Assembly: GCF_009914755.1 (NCBI RefSeq)
Contig: NC_060927.1
Length of the DNA stretch: 64,000 nt
Direction: 5' to 3' (one strand)
Source of the DNA: the human T2T-CHM13v2.0 reference genome, Homo sapiens
Shown piece by piece: positions 1 to 51,365 of the stretch. The number at the start of each line of letters is the position of its first letter. Within the stretch, counting starts at the first letter, position 1. The position numbers and the translations under genes were made by a program. The notes beneath the pieces are model-generated. The model ran no database searches. It saw only the letters and a list, made by a program, of their open reading frames with translations, and was not told where the DNA came from.

Positions 1-845
1 TGCTGAAAATTATTAGGATTTCAGATACCACTTATCTACTAACCATTTTTAAAATTTGGTGTGCATTAAAGTTAACCATATCCAGAATTCTCTGATGATG
101 GCTACAAAAAAAGCCCTGGAGTACCGCCAACAACATAGGGCTTCTTTTTTTTGGGCTGAGAAACCAACCAACTAGTTGAGCATTGGATGCTTGGTCTAGA
201 AATGCCAAGACAAATCACCTGCCCTGTTAAAAATCATGGAGTCACCAAAAACAAAGCTCCAATAATCTTCCCCAAAAGAACCCTCAAGAACATGACAATT
301 CTTACCACTGAGTTTAAGATGAAAAAAAAAAAAAAGAACAGAATAAGAAAGAACATAAGTATGTCTGCTGATAGCATGAAGTAAACTCTTTGAATTATAA
401 TTTTACTTTTAAAATATTGGATGCCTCGAAAAAACAAAAGCACATGTATCACTTCATTCTGAGAAATTTGTTAGGCAATTTCATCATTCTGCAAACATTA
501 CAGAGTGTACTTACACAAACCTAGATGGTACAGCCTACAACACACCTAGAATATATGGTAAAGCCTATTACTCCTAGGCTATTTGTATATCTAAACATAG
601 AAAACGTATGGTAAAAATATGGTATAAAAGTAATTTTACACTTGTGTATGGCACTTGCAGGACTGGAGTTATTTCGGGTGTAGTCAGTGAGTGAGTGGTA
701 AGTGAATGTGAAGGTCTAGGACACTACTGTACACTAAGGTAGACTTTATAAACACTGTATCCTTAGGCTACACAATCTATAAAAAATACGTTTTTTCTTC
801 AATTATAACCTTAGCTTACTGTAACTTTTACTTTATAAACCTTAA

Positions 846-3201
<2,356 letters not shown>

Positions 3202-3542
3202 CTAAGACACAAATGCATACATTAGACTAGTCCTATACAGGGTCAGGACCGCCTAGACCTAAGCAGGGTCTGGATCATCAATATCACTGTCTTCCACCTC
3301 TACATCTTGTACCACTGGAAGGTCTTTAGGGGCAAAAACACACATGGAACTGTGAGCTGTCATCTCCTTTGATTACAATGAATTCTTCTGGAATACCATT
3401 TGAAGGACCTGCCTGAGGCTGTTTTACAATTAACTTTTTTTAGTAAGTAGAAGGTATACACTCTTAAATAATGATTAAAAGTACAGTATAACTAAATACA
3501 TAAACCAATAACATAATTATTATTATCAAGTATCATGTACTA

Positions 3543-4076
3543 CAACAGTCCCCAACCTTTTTGGCACCAGGAACTGGTTTCATGGAAGACAATTTTTCCA
3601 TGAAAATTGGAGAAGGGTTGGGGGATGGTTTCAGGATGATTCAAGTGCATCACATTTATTGTGCACTTTATTTCTATTATTATTACATTGTAATATATAA
3701 TGAAATAATTATACAACTCACCATAATGTAGAATCAGTGGGAGCCCTGAGCTCAACTGGACAGTCCTTCAACTAGACAGTCCCATCTGGGAGTGATGAAA
3801 CACAGTGACAGATGAGGCATTTGGTTCTCATAAGGAGAGCACCACCAAATCCCTGGCATGCACACTGTTCACAACGGTTCACGTTCCTATGAGAATCTAA
3901 CGCACCACTGATCTGACAGGAGATGGAGCTCAGGCGGTAATACAAGCAAGGGAAGTAGCTATAAACACAGATGAAGCTTCACTTGCTTGCCCACTGCTCA
4001 CCTCCTGCTGTGCGGCCCAGTTCCTAGCAGGCCACAGACCAATACTGGTCCATGGCCCAGGGGGTGGGGACCCGGG
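3543..4076 (+). mobile_element. MER1A (hAT-Charlie non-autonomous element), full length
   Basis: Terminal inverted repeats CAACAGTCCCCAACC ... GGTGGGGACCCGGG; about 530 bp; perfect 8-bp TSD ATGTACTA at 3535-3542 and 4077-4084. Confidence 0.88.
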
Positions 4077-4348
4077 ATGTACTATACATAATTATATGTA
4101 CTATACTTTTATACAACTGACAGCAGGGTAGGTTTGTTTACACCAGCATCACCACAAACATGTAATGTGTTGTAACACAACATCATAATGTCACTAAGCG
4201 ATAGGAATTTTTTAGCTCTATTATACTCAGGGGATTACCATTTTATAATGTAATCCCTCATTAATCAAAACATCATTATGCAGTGCAAGACTGTATAACA
4301 TTGCAAACTGAACAATAACTCTCTAGCCACTGGTTTATCCAAAATATC

Positions 4349-7045
<2,697 letters not shown>

Positions 7046-7319
7046 AAGAAAATGGTTTCTTCCACCCAGCCATACTCTCATAGCCACTTTACAAAAGGGC
7101 AACACAATCAAAAGTTTACTGCCGTCCAGCAGTAAAAGCTCAGAAGGAGAGGAAAAATAGGCCACATACATTTTTAGCTAAATAAGTGGAGGTCAGGGTC
7201 CATACGGAGCAGCAATCCCATATTCTCATACCTCTTCATACCTCTTCAGTGTGAACCAAGCAAAGGAGGAGAGTAGCTCTCCTGTGAGGTAGAGGCATAA
7301 ATCAGACTGTACTTCAGGT

Positions 7320-12380
<5,061 letters not shown>

Positions 12381-12829
12381 AAAAAAAAAAAATGCTGAGA
12401 GACCGGCAAGTATAAATGCTTTATGGTAATTACAGAAGTGAAACAATTCTGAATGTCGATTTATTGTTTGTATGCAGCTACAGTAATTTATTAATAAGTT
12501 TATACTCTTCAGGCATCTCTCAACATTAAATACGCATTATAATACTTTATACTTTGAAGTTATGTCCTGTTTGATATTAAAGCTGTTATTAAAATAACAG
12601 CTAGTAAGTTTTTTGACTCTTTCCAATAGGATACAATTTTATAAACTGAATTGGTGGTTAGTCACAAGGACCTCACTAAGCAAAGCTTCCTTGCTATATA
12701 GTTATTACATATGATACTTCTTGTTCTTTTTTTTATTGGCTCTGGAGTTGAAACATATCCTATTTCTAATTTAAGTAGTGTAGACTTATTCTAATGTCAT
12801 TGGGTATACAATTCATTTTTTCTTCCTTT

Positions 12830-14760
<1,931 letters not shown>

Positions 14761-14885
14761 TGTATTTTTCATTTATTATTTGTAAATAGAAATCCACCTT
14801 GTAGTGATTTCTATAATTATGTAGCGCAGCCACCTGAGACACCAAAAATACTTAAATACCAATAAAATAGGGTACAAAGATTTTA

Positions 14886-17968
<3,083 letters not shown>

Positions 17969-18119
17969 CTTGTAAACTTTTACTCATCTGAGGCTAATTT
18001 CTAAAATCCTAAAGTGTTGTGTAAATAAAAATTGTCTCAAAGCAGGTTACTGCTTTGTGATTTACAGAGATGACAGTGAAACAAACCTGAAATAAAGCTT
18101 TTAAAAACAAATTTGTCCC

Positions 18120-18245
18120 TGGAAGATTGTTGTCACTGTCCTCAACTTAAAGATAAGAAAATCTGAGATCAAACAGGTTTGAGAATTTGTCCAAGACCAC
18201 AAAGCAAACCTGTGGCAGAGTTTAGAAAATAATTTCTGATTTCCC
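18120..18245 (-). mobile_element. MIR fragment
   Basis: GATAAGAAAATCTGAGATCAAACAGGTTTGAGAATTTGTCCAAGACCACAAAGC resembles the MIR core. Confidence 0.5.
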
Positions 18246-18636
18246 AAAAACCCATGATGTAATGTGCAATAAATCAAGGGAAACCCAGAAGAGCCCTTGT
18301 TACTCCTTTAGCATGAATACACTTAGGGAGATTGCCCAGTGCACTGAAGCTTGTGACCTCCCACAGCAATGACCGTTAATTAACTCCTTCCCTGCCGTGA
18401 CTTGAATACTGGGCCAGACCAGATACAACTCAGAACTAGTTTTGTGTGTGTGTGATCTAATAACACTAAGATCCTAACTTGGCCTCTCAAATGGTTTCAT
18501 TGTTTTGTTAAATTTTAGTTGTTCAAAAGTAGGCCAATTCTACTGTTAAATTGACAAAGCATATGTTGAAGCAACCAAGGAAACTGTAATAGCTTCTTAA
18601 CACTCTTGCGTAGATCAGATGTAGAAAGTGTTATTT

Positions 18637-19623
18637 TGGCCAGGAGCAGTAGCTCATGCCTGTAATCCTAGCACTTTGGGAGGCCAAGGCAGGAGCATTA
18701 CTTGAGGCCAGGAGTTCAAGACCAGCCTGGGCAACACAGGGAGACCCCGTCTCTATAAAACACTTAAAATTAGTAAGGCATGGTGGCACATGCCCTTAGT
18801 CCCAGCTACTTGGGAGGCCCAGGTGGGAGGATACCTTGAGCTTGTGAGGTTGGGGTTGCAGTGAGCCCTGATTGTGCCACTACACCCCAGCCTGGGTGAC
18901 AGAGCGAGATCCTGACTTTAAAAAAAAAAAAAGGTGTGATGATCTTGGATCACCAAATCTGTGAGGGGAGGGACAGTCTCCAACTTGTTTCCTGCTCGGT
19001 CCTTATTGCGTACTCTTGGAGTTTATTGCAAACTCTTGGAGAAGGTTTACTATTACTAAATGATAAATCCTGACACAGCAAGTAGAGCCAATGAAGCTGC
19101 TCTCCTGATCTCAGTCTCTGCTGGGATCCTTTCCTTTAAAGCTACAACCCACCCACTAAACAAGAATATAGTTACTGGGTTTTTCCTTTTTCTTTTTTTT
19201 TTTTTTGAGACGGAGTTCGCTCTGTCGCCCAGGCTGGAGTGCAGTGGCATGATCTTGGCTCACTGCAACCTCCGCCTCCCAGGTTCAAGCGATTCTCCCT
19301 GCCTCAGCCTCCCAAGTAGCTGGGACTACAGACGCCCGCCACCACGCCCGGCTAATTTTTGTATTTTTAGTAGAGACGGGGTTTCGCCATGTTGGCCAGG
19401 CTGGTCTCGAACTCCTGACCTCAGGTGATCCACCCGCCTCGGCCTCCCAAAGTGCTGGGACTACAGGCGTGACCCACCACGCCCGGCCAGGTTTTTCGTT
19501 TTCAAAAATGAGGTAGGGTGTCTATTTTGCCCAGGCTGGTCTCGAACTCTTGGATTCAAGCGATATTTCCTCCTCAGCCTCCAGAGTAGCTGGTATAGAC
19601 TATAGGGGCCCACTGCCCCGGCC
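18637..19623. repeat. Three Alus (one +, two -) just downstream of PRKAR2A exon 1
   Basis: Alu consensus motifs. Confidence 0.95.
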
Positions 19624-20039
19624 GGCAAGATAATTATTTACTCTCACCAAATTTGATTCAATCGTTTTGGCCAAGTTTTTAAAAACAGGAATATTCCCAG
19701 GGACCATGTTTGAAGAAATACAAACTCAAGTAAGCAGAGGTGAAATGACCTGAGAGATTTGCTTTAATACACTTCGGCAAAGAAAGAAAAAAGGTATGGA
19801 TGAAACTTTGTGACAAACGCAACTGTTAAATGTAGGTGATGGCATATAGGGATTCATCTCACCTTTCCTCTTTTGTCTATGCTTAAAAGTTTTCACAGTA
19901 ACTTTTCAAAAAAAATTATTATTTCCAAACAAACTTACTGTCCTATCAATTAAACACAAGTCACTGGATGAGAACGCTGTTGTCTTCGAAGCCAAAACTG
20001 GTGAAGGGTCTTAAGCAAAGGCGAGGGATCCTCTAGCAG

Positions 20040-20950
<911 letters not shown>

Positions 20951-22080
20951 GTGGAGTGTTCCTGATGCCAGCTCACGGAGGGAATCCAGGGAATTAGGTA
21001 ATGAACGGTCTACCCATGAAGGGGACCGATTAGTGCCTCTCGCCTGGTCCTGAAGACCTTTAAATTATTCTTTCAGCTGATGCCAAGAGCCTCTTTTTGG
21101 CCAGCACTTACTAAGCACCAGAGACACAGCGAGAAGCAGAAGCATACGAGCACATCAGTGTGATTCTGCTGTGATGAAGGGCAAGAGAGGGCTCACTTTC
21201 CGGCGTGACATTCAAGCTAGCCCCGAGGCCTGAGCAGGACCCGCCCAGGGGAAGATCTGGAGGAAAGCCATCTGAACATACAACAAGAGCAAAGGCCTGG
21301 TGGAGTCAAGACCACCTTGGCTGCCAGGTGGAATGGTGGAATAACTCAGGAGTCTGTCAGGTCTCTGAGATGTCAAACGGGTAAGGCCTTGTAGGAAGTA
21401 GGCGTTTGAATGAGATCATAATTTGAGAGCCACAGACAGAAAAATAAATTTGAAAGAGTTCACTCAGCCAAATGTGTACAGTGAGAAAGGGAAATAAGGC
21501 CAAAAGCAGCAAAGACCTCTGTGCCTGTTCCTCCTGGAGCACTTTCACCAGGGTCCCCAGATCTAGGTCTGCCCATTCCTCTCCCCACATTCTACACTGG
21601 GCCCTAGGTCAACACTGCTTGATGAAGTTGAGCAGACCACAGGCATTGTTATCCTTTGCCCCTGGGAAGATGGTATAGGTGAACTGTAGAGGCCAGACTA
21701 TTTCCCAAATTGCCCTCCTCCTCCTACCAAACTGGAAGGGTATTGAAAAAGGTGGAGACCTTCCTGGGATGTCCAGTCTACAGCCTACGTGCTAACCAAA
21801 GGCCCACTGGGCATAGAGCAGAGTCCCCCTCTCCTTACAGGCCTAGCCAGGAAGAGAGTAGCTGTAGGTTTGGGAACCTGAGGGCATTTGGGATGCTTAA
21901 ACACCGCCTGGTAATTACTCAGTATTAATTAAAATCCTCCCTATCACCTCCCATACAGGCTTGGCACACACCCAGGAGCTCAATGCTGCTGGGAGCTGAG
22001 CAGCTGGGAGCAAGGAGCCCTCATCCCCACTGATGAAGAGGCCAGCCCAGGTTCTAGGCTAAGCAGGCCTGTGATTATAA

Positions 22081-24213
<2,133 letters not shown>

Positions 24214-24559
24214 CAGGTGTGTCTGCCATATAGCCACAGAAAGCAGGAGTCCTACAGCTGCTCCTCATGGGTCTCCATAGACTAGTCTTAGAGCAAGGAT
24301 GGGCAGCCAGCCTCCAGGTTTAACCTGGCACTCTCCCCCAGCACTTGGTCCCCAGAGCAGGGGTGCATCTCTCCCACTTCTGGTCAACCCTTCAGTAACA
24401 AGTAGAGCCCCCAGGGTCTTCATGAATATCTAGTTGAACTGGCTAAAGAAGAGGGCCCTGTAACAGGACAGAACACCAGGAGCCTGAACCCCGCATCTTC
24501 TACCCTTATCCTGCATTTATCCTGCCTGCATTCAAGCCTGTCCAGCTGCACCACTGGAG

Positions 24560-24573
24560 GTTACCATGGCAAC
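24560..24573. promoter_or_regulatory. RFX X-box motif GTTACCATGGCAAC
   Basis: Exact match to the palindromic RFX consensus GTTNCCATGGNAAC in unique sequence. Confidence 0.6.
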
Positions 24574-25939
24574 TAAACCCAGAGGCAGCCGGTAACTGAG
24601 ATACAGCTGCCAAGAGCAACTGATGGTGGAAAAGGCCAACAGCAGAGACTCTTAGAAGGAAGAGAAGTACACAGGAGGAGGCCCCAGAACCCTGAGGGTG
24701 CTACACTCAAATCTAATCCTACTCACAACTCAGCAGGCAGTCAACGTCTTGCACAAACTGCCATATCACCAACCAGAGGCACAGATATGGACACAATGGG
24801 GCCAATTTGCAGAGATGTTTGCAACTATGGATGCAGAGTAGCACAGGTGGGACACATGTTGTTTAGCCCAAAAGCAACGGGTCTTGGTGAAAACGAAAAT
24901 GGGTAGGGTACCATTGCTGTTTCCAATGAAACAATGAATTTTGTGTGCTCTTGATAGGTTTGTTATTCAAACGTTTCTGTCTGTCTCTCCAAGATGAAGA
25001 GAGGGGCCTAAACTTCCCCGAACTCCTCTGAAGGCCTGCTCTTGGCTCAGATCCTCCAGCTTAAATACCTTATGCCCTCTGCATACTTGCAGGACTCAGG
25101 TCCAGCAGGAAAACCTCCCTCTTACTTGATCAAGGGACCACTTTTCTAAGCCATTCCAGTCCCCCACCCATTTCCTGGGATCCGCTGGTCACCTGACCAC
25201 CTCTACATGCCAGGCCCTCCTGGATTTAGTACTCCCAGCTCACTTAGTTCCTACAAGCAACAGCTTCTATGTTGCCTTAGAAGTGTTCATGAGCCTTTAG
25301 TTGGCAAGAGAGATTGAGGAAGTGGGCTATGTTTTCTCGGCCCTTACCCAAGCTGTCTTTCAGCCTCTACTGTGGCTCCTCCAGCGAGGCCATTGCCTTT
25401 TGCCCAGGAAATCTAATCTGTTTTAACAAGTGCCCATGCTCCAGGGAGCAGTTAGCTCCCAGGCCACGTTTGTGTACCTGTGAGCCATCCCCACGCCTGA
25501 GACACTATGTCCTGAGAAAATGTCAGTCTCTGCAGTGGACCCAGGGTCTGCATCTGAGACACCTCAGGGCAAGGACAGAACCTAGAAAGCACAGGGAAGC
25601 TGGCTAGAAAATCACAGGTCTGCATGCTTACCATAGCAGAGAAAGCAGAAAAGGGACTCCTCAGGGACACCTGGCCCTGGGGCCTTCCCAGTGCTGTCAG
25701 GACTCTGTGTGCCACTCCTGATCTGACTCACAGGCCAAGTACCTAAGCTTGGACCAGGTGGTACAGACAGGTCTCCTGGAGCCTGGATCAAGCCTCTGAT
25801 AGCATCACAAGTCTTTCTTCAGGAGACCCAGACAATCCCCACTTTATTATCAATTTGCCAATGACCTTTGCAGATCAGTTTACCCTGTCTGAGCCTTGGC
25901 ATCCACATCTGAAAGTGGAAGTCAAAATCCCTACTCAGA

Positions 25940-29175
<3,236 letters not shown>

Positions 29176-29894
29176 TTTTTTTTTTTTTTTTTTAACAGTT
29201 CAAAACTAGAGACAGAGTGATGGTTCTAAAGCCAAAGTCCAGGAGTCTCTATGCAGCTGCAGTGAGACAGGAAGTGCCAGTGGAACTGTAACTGTAACTG
29301 TGACCACCAGATGGGACAATGCCAGAAAAGCCCAGCTCCAGTAGCTTCAGCAAGCTCTCCCCTCCACCAGAAAGTAATAATCTAGCTTATGACTCTCCAA
29401 CTCCCTCACCTTTTCTGGACACACCTGGATAGCATAATCTGCCTGATTAGTAAAGTTAAGCTAGCTACCTCAGATCGCACAGCAACTCCAAAGCCCACAT
29501 GAAAACCCGAGATTGCTTTTGTCCTTTTAGAACAACTGACTCTCCATCTGTTAGCTCAGACACCCATGGTGCTCAGGGAAGAGAGGGGAATAAATGAAGG
29601 GATGGGTTGCAGGCTGGGCCTTGGGAGGGCCTGTCTGCCAGGCTTGCATTGAGGCCTGTGTGAACAATTACCAGTCGGGTCACACCACCCCACACACCCT
29701 CCCTAGAGCAGCCGGGGCTAGGGCAGTCAGAGAAGGCAGAGCCAGCCAAAACTTCCTCCTCCTCCACCTCCTCCTGCTGGATCCCCAGCCTAAGGTTCCC
29801 AGGGAAGAATACTGGATCCCTGAAAGCCTCCACCAAGGCTACAGGCTGCCTGCTGAAATGTCCCAGAATCAAAAGAAGAAAATATAACACAATG

Positions 29895-30679
29895 CAAAAA
29901 TTAGAAACAACGTTTATTGTTTATTGTTAAAATAGTGAGCTCTCATGAGAAAAGAGTATGTAAAAAGGGCCTTCCTACACCCTGGGCTTTCTCACTTATC
30001 CCAGCAGACTGGGACTGTCCTCACTGTGTAGGAGGGAAAGTTCTCCACCTGCTCCCAGAAAATTAGGCTACTCCAGTTTTACTTTTGATTATTTGCAGGC
30101 ATAAAAAAAAAAAATCAAAATCCAACGATTAACAGTCTATCTCCTCCTAGGCATATATGCTCAATCCACTTGGACACAGAGGTGGGCCTCAAGTCCATAT
30201 CCACATGTACAGCCCAGGATTAGATGGCACCCTGGAAATCAAATGGGTATTCCTGGCTAGGGACTGAAGAAGATCTCAGCTCCTGGTGATCTGGTTGAAA
30301 ATATGCACAGTGCCTCCAGTGAGAACCTGAGATTCTCTCTTTAATGAGGAATACTTTGACTGTGGTAGGACCAGCAGTTAACTGGTAGGCAGCATTCTTG
30401 CCACAGGTAGTATCTGGTCTGGAAGCTACTTGTTCCATTTCCAAATCCTTTTAAGATCCCTTAAATTGATAAGAATGAATTCAAGTTTCAAAATGACACA
30501 CTAAGTTATACACGGTGCAGGATGTCATTAAGGCAACAGTCTCACCAAGTCCATGCACAGGGCTCGGATCTCACCATTCCCCTCCCCTTGCCCTCCAAGA
30601 CTGCTTAGTTCTGCTTACTACTCCTTCTCCTCAACGACAGCTTCCAGCATCCAGAAGTGAACTTGAGCAGCCTTCAGCC
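29895..30679 (-). other. SLC25A20: SLC25A20 3'UTR (about 0.8 kb; 3' end approximate)
   Basis: Unique sequence between the stop codon and the tandem AATAAA signals. Confidence 0.85.
29913..29925 (-). terminator. SLC25A20: Tandem polyadenylation signals AATAAA-C-AATAAA of SLC25A20
   Basis: Plus strand shows tttatt at 29913-29918 and 29920-29925. On the minus strand a U/GU-rich downstream element follows. Confidence 0.9.
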
Positions 30680-30742
30680 TCACAAGTTGGGGGTGGCCCA
30701 ATTAAGGAACTTCATGGCAACTTCAAAGCCAAGGAAACAGGC
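30680..30742 (-). CDS. SLC25A20: SLC25A20 exon 9 coding part: ACFLGFEVAMKFLNWATPNL*
   Basis: Acceptor cccttcttag|GCC; stop TGA at 30682-30680. Confidence 0.97.
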   Translation of the reverse strand, partial: ACFLGFEVAMKFLNWATPNL

Positions 30743-30936
30743 CTAAGAAGGGATTGGGAGGAAGAAAAAAGCCAGCAGGAATAACTATTCATAGACTATT
30801 CAAAGCACTATGCTTTGCTGGCCCTGTCAGGACCAGAGCCCCTCCCTAACCCCACACCCACTCCACATCAAGGATGCAAGCTCTACTCTCTCATTTTTAA
30901 GAGGAGAAGAAAATTTATATTCCACAACTGCCCACT

Positions 30937-31238
30937 TCTTTTTTTTTTTTTTTTTGAGATGGAGTTTTGCTCTTGTCACCCAGGTTGAAGTGCAATGGTA
31001 CAATCTCGGCTCACTGCAATCTCTGCCTCCCAGGTTAAAGTAATTCTCCTGCCTCAGCCTCCTGAGTAGCTGGGATTACAGGCACCCGCCACCACGCCCA
31101 GCTAATTTTTGTATTTTTAGTAGAGGCGGTGTTTCCCCATGTTGGCCAAGCTGGTCTCAAACTCCTGACCTCAGATGATCCACCTGCCTTAGCCTCCCAA
31201 AGTGCTGGGATTACAGGCACTAGCCACCATGCCTGGCC
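30937..31238 (-). repeat. AluS in SLC25A20 intron 8
   Basis: Full-length Alu with TSD CACAACTGCCCACTTCT on both sides. Confidence 0.95.
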
Positions 31239-31477
31239 TCACAACTGCCCACTTCTAATGGCCAGGTCAGGAAATCAAAGCCCCTCACCTCAGAGATCCC
31301 CAAAGGCAAATCCTCCTGACAGCTTCAAGGAAGGGAGCAAATAAGGAATGCTCTGGCTGAAGATAGGGCTTTGGGAAAACTGAGACCCCAGTCCTATCCC
31401 AGGAACAAGCAAAAGTCAAACCACATGCACCCTGCCCTGAGCCCCAGAGGGAAAGCACAGCCCTGCCAGCTACTCAC

Positions 31478-31602
31478 CGCATTGGCTGGGAAGGCTCGGA
31501 TCATCACTGCATTGAACCCTTTGTACAAGGATGTGACTCCTTCATCCCGGATCAGCTCCCTCAGCACATCTCTGAAACCATTAGGATATTTCCCAGGAGG
31601 TG
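31478..31602 (-). CDS. SLC25A20: SLC25A20 exon 8 (125 nt): (A)[41 protein letters not shown]
   Basis: Acceptor gccccacag|CA and donor GCG|gtgagt. Contains the EGxxxLYKG motif. Confidence 0.97.
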
Positions 31603-32009
31603 CTGTGGGGCAGAACCCAATTTTTAAGGCTTCAGGAAGGAGAAACTAGCAGTTAAGTCTTCCTGAAGGGTCAGGACTAGCACAGGGAAAGGACACCTTG
31701 CAGGTCATGTGGGACCAGTCCATAGACAACAGTTCACCTTGGGACAAATGCACAAATGCCTGAATTACTTGTGCCAAGGGAATAGAAACGAGGGAAGAAG
31801 AATGAAACAGCCCTTCTGTTCATGTGGGGGAGGAAGAGTGGACTTGACTTCTTATCACACTTACCTTGTGTTTAGGCTGTCATGAAAATGAATCTAGGGT
31901 TCCTAGAATGCAAATGACTGTGAGGGAGAATATTGGTCAGGCAGATGCTAGGTGCTGCCATGGAGAGTGAGTATCCCTAGGGCCTTATGAGCTTTGCACC
32001 CCAGGATTA

Positions 32010-32198
<189 letters not shown>

Positions 32199-32524
32199 TT
32201 AGACAAAGGCTGTGAGAGTGGCATTCAGACTATCCTGCCTGTGGCAGACAGGGCAGTTACAGACAGGCAGAAACTGGTTGGAGGGAGGAGGTATAAGGCC
32301 AGTGCTGCTGGCACTCCTTGGAGAAGGTTTCATGCACCTGTTTCAAATATTTGCTCCACTGGCTGAGGCACAGAGTAAGAAGAGCTAGCTGGACCTCAGC
32401 AGCCACAAGAGGAAAGCAGACATGGAGCCAGGAACAACAACTACTTCTGCTTTCAGATTCACCCACAGGAGAGGGCAACGCACCCATGACTGGGGAAAGT
32501 GGCTTCCAAGTTATGTTTTCCTCA

Positions 32525-32623
<99 letters not shown>

Positions 32624-32643
32624 TTAAAGTACATAAACTCTTC

Positions 32644-35259
<2,616 letters not shown>

Positions 35260-35468
35260 CTATCTACTTGCCACTCCCCTCCAACTGTGATGCCATGACT
35301 TCTACCCCTGCAGACACCTGGGAAAGATGGAAGGTCCCCTCATCCTAATCTACGTCCATGCTGGCCAGGGGGAGATGCTTACTGCCAGTATTGTCAGAGA
35401 TGTGACATGCATGGTGCCAAGGCTAATCTGGCAATCCAGGCAAGACCTTCTGCAGCAGACCCACCTCA

Positions 35469-35648
<180 letters not shown>

Positions 35649-36879
35649 TCATTAAGTCAGAAACATCAGAGTCACAGACCCAGCAGGTTACAGGAGACTA
35701 CAAAGTAAGTATGGCCATTATGTGTTACAGCAATAAAAGACTTCACTGTCAAATTGATAAGTATCTGGAATGTGTGATCTTGGGGCAGGTACTATGAAAT
35801 AAGGCTAGGTGAAAATATCAGAAAACATTCACATTGACTAGAAATAAAACCAACAGAAAATTTGAAAAACAAGTTGAGGAGGCCAGGTGCAGTGGCTCAT
35901 GCCTATAATCCCAGCACTTTGGGAGGCCGAGGCAGGCAGGTCGCCTGAGGTCAGGAGTTTGAAACCAGCCTGGTCAACACGGTGAAACCCTGTCTCTACG
36001 AAAAATACAAAAATTAGCTGGGCATGGTGGTGGGCGCCTGTAGTCAGCTGCTCAGGAGGCTGAGGCAGGAGAATCGCCTGAACTTGGGAGGCAGAGGTTG
36101 CAGTTAGAAAACATATCGTACCACACTGCACTCCAGCCTGGGCAGCAGAGTGAGACTGTCTCAAAATTTAAAAATAAAAAATAAGTTGAGGAAATCTGTC
36201 AAACACAATAAAGCTATTTGGAAGGTCTAAAAAGGAAGCGACAAATACTTTAGTCATTCATTTATTCCTTCAACAAATATCCCCTGAAGACCAACTGCAT
36301 TCCAAGCCTACCTGGTCATGAGAGTTGGTTAAGAAAAGGTGAACAGAAAATTTCACTCAAAGCTCTAAGTTCCCAGACAGGGGTCCTGTTCAGAGAGGGC
36401 TCCTATGCAGAGCCAGAGGAGGGCCAAAGAGAGGCTCCTACCCCGCCCCTGAGAGCCAAGAACCTGGGGGTAGGCAGGGGTAATCCCAGGAAAGATCTGA
36501 AAGACAGCTCCATGCAGGATCCACACAGGGATCCCGCTTGTTCAGGACCAAGAGGAGTCAGAACACACAAGAGCATCAACCAAACAATAATTAAAGCTGG
36601 AAAGGGAGTTCAGCTTTAACAGTTCCAAAGAGAAACACTTACAAATACATAAACCAAATAGCTTTCTTACATATCAGGATTAACCAGTTAAAAAATAATA
36701 GAAAAGGCCGGGCACGGTGGCTCACACCTGTAATCCCAGCACTTTGGGAGGCTGAGGCGGGCAGATCATGAGGTCAGGAGTTTGAGACCAGCCTGACCAA
36801 CATGGTGAAACCCTGTCTCTACTAAAAATACAAAAATTAGCCAGGCGTGGTGGTACATGCCTGTAATCTCAGCTACTCA

Positions 36880-36978
<99 letters not shown>

Positions 36979-37021
36979 CTATCTCAATCAATCAATCAAT
37001 ACAAGAAATGGATCCCATTCA

Positions 37022-37408
<387 letters not shown>

Positions 37409-37574
37409 TTACAAAATAAGAGGTCAATAAAAAGAGTCCTAATTCTAGTTGGGAAAAGTTTTCAATAAGAAAGATTTCTATTTTTCTAAAAATAATAAAT
37501 GTAAGATAATGTCAATTGAGTATCAATGGTTTTTTTTTTTTTTGGTATAACTTCCCCAAAGTATCCAGACATAT

Positions 37575-41260
<3,686 letters not shown>

Positions 41261-41409
41261 AGGGTGTAAGAAAAGAGTAGGACTAAGTGAATGTCTGATG
41301 TAGGAGTAGAAAAGGACTTCAGGCATAGACAAAATGGAAGAAGCCATAAGGGAAAAGAGCGATGGACAAAGCCACTGAACACAAACATTCCCTAGGTCAA
41401 AATCAATAG

Positions 41410-49790
<8,381 letters not shown>

Positions 49791-49888
49791 TGAGATTCTG
49801 GACAAATGTTAAAAACACATGGCTGAGCACAGTGGATCATGCCTGTATCCCCAGCACTTTGGGAGGCCATGGTGGGTGGATCACCTCA

Positions 49889-50134
<246 letters not shown>

Positions 50135-50629
50135 TCACAGGCCAGGCACAGTGGCTCACTCCTGTAATCCCAACACTTTGGGAGGCTGAGTCAGGCGGAT
50201 CACCTGAGGTCAGGAATTCGAGACCAGCCTGACCAATATGGAGAAACCCCATCTCTACTAAAAATACAAAATTAGCAGAGCATGGTGGCGCATGCCTGTA
50301 ATCCCAGCGATTCAGGAGGCTAAGGCAGAAGAATTGCTTGAACCCAAGAGGCGGAGGTTGCGGTGAGCCAAGGAGTGCAATGGCGCCACTGCACTCCAGC
50401 CTGGGCAACAAGAGCGAAATTCTATCTCCAAAAATACAGGAAAAAAAGAAAAGAGGGTTGGGCACGGTGGCTCACTCCTGTAATCCCAGCACTTTGGGAG
50501 GCCGAGGTGGGTGGGTCACAAGGTCAGGAGATCGAAACCATCCTGGCCAACATGGTGAAACCCCGTCTCTACTAAAATACAAAAAATTAGCTGGGCGTGG
50601 TGGCGCACACCTGTAGTCTCAGCTATTCA

Positions 50630-50845
<216 letters not shown>

Positions 50846-51006
50846 TCAGAGTTCCTGAAATGGTTGCTAATAAGGGTGGGTAGGCCCAGGCTGACGCGTT
50901 ACACTTGTGACATTTTTGTTGGTTTGTTATAATGTACTAGTTCTTGATTCTACTACGATTGCTTTTGTTTCTGAAAACCTTGAAATAGTCCAGGCGCGGT
51001 GGCTTA

Positions 51007-51365
<359 letters not shown>

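Noticed and set aside
29573-29890. Overlapping 105-aa and 97-aa ORFs with Glu or Leu runs after the SLC25A20 poly(A) site
   Set aside because: Driven by a short (CCT)n tract; no homology or exon structure I can support.
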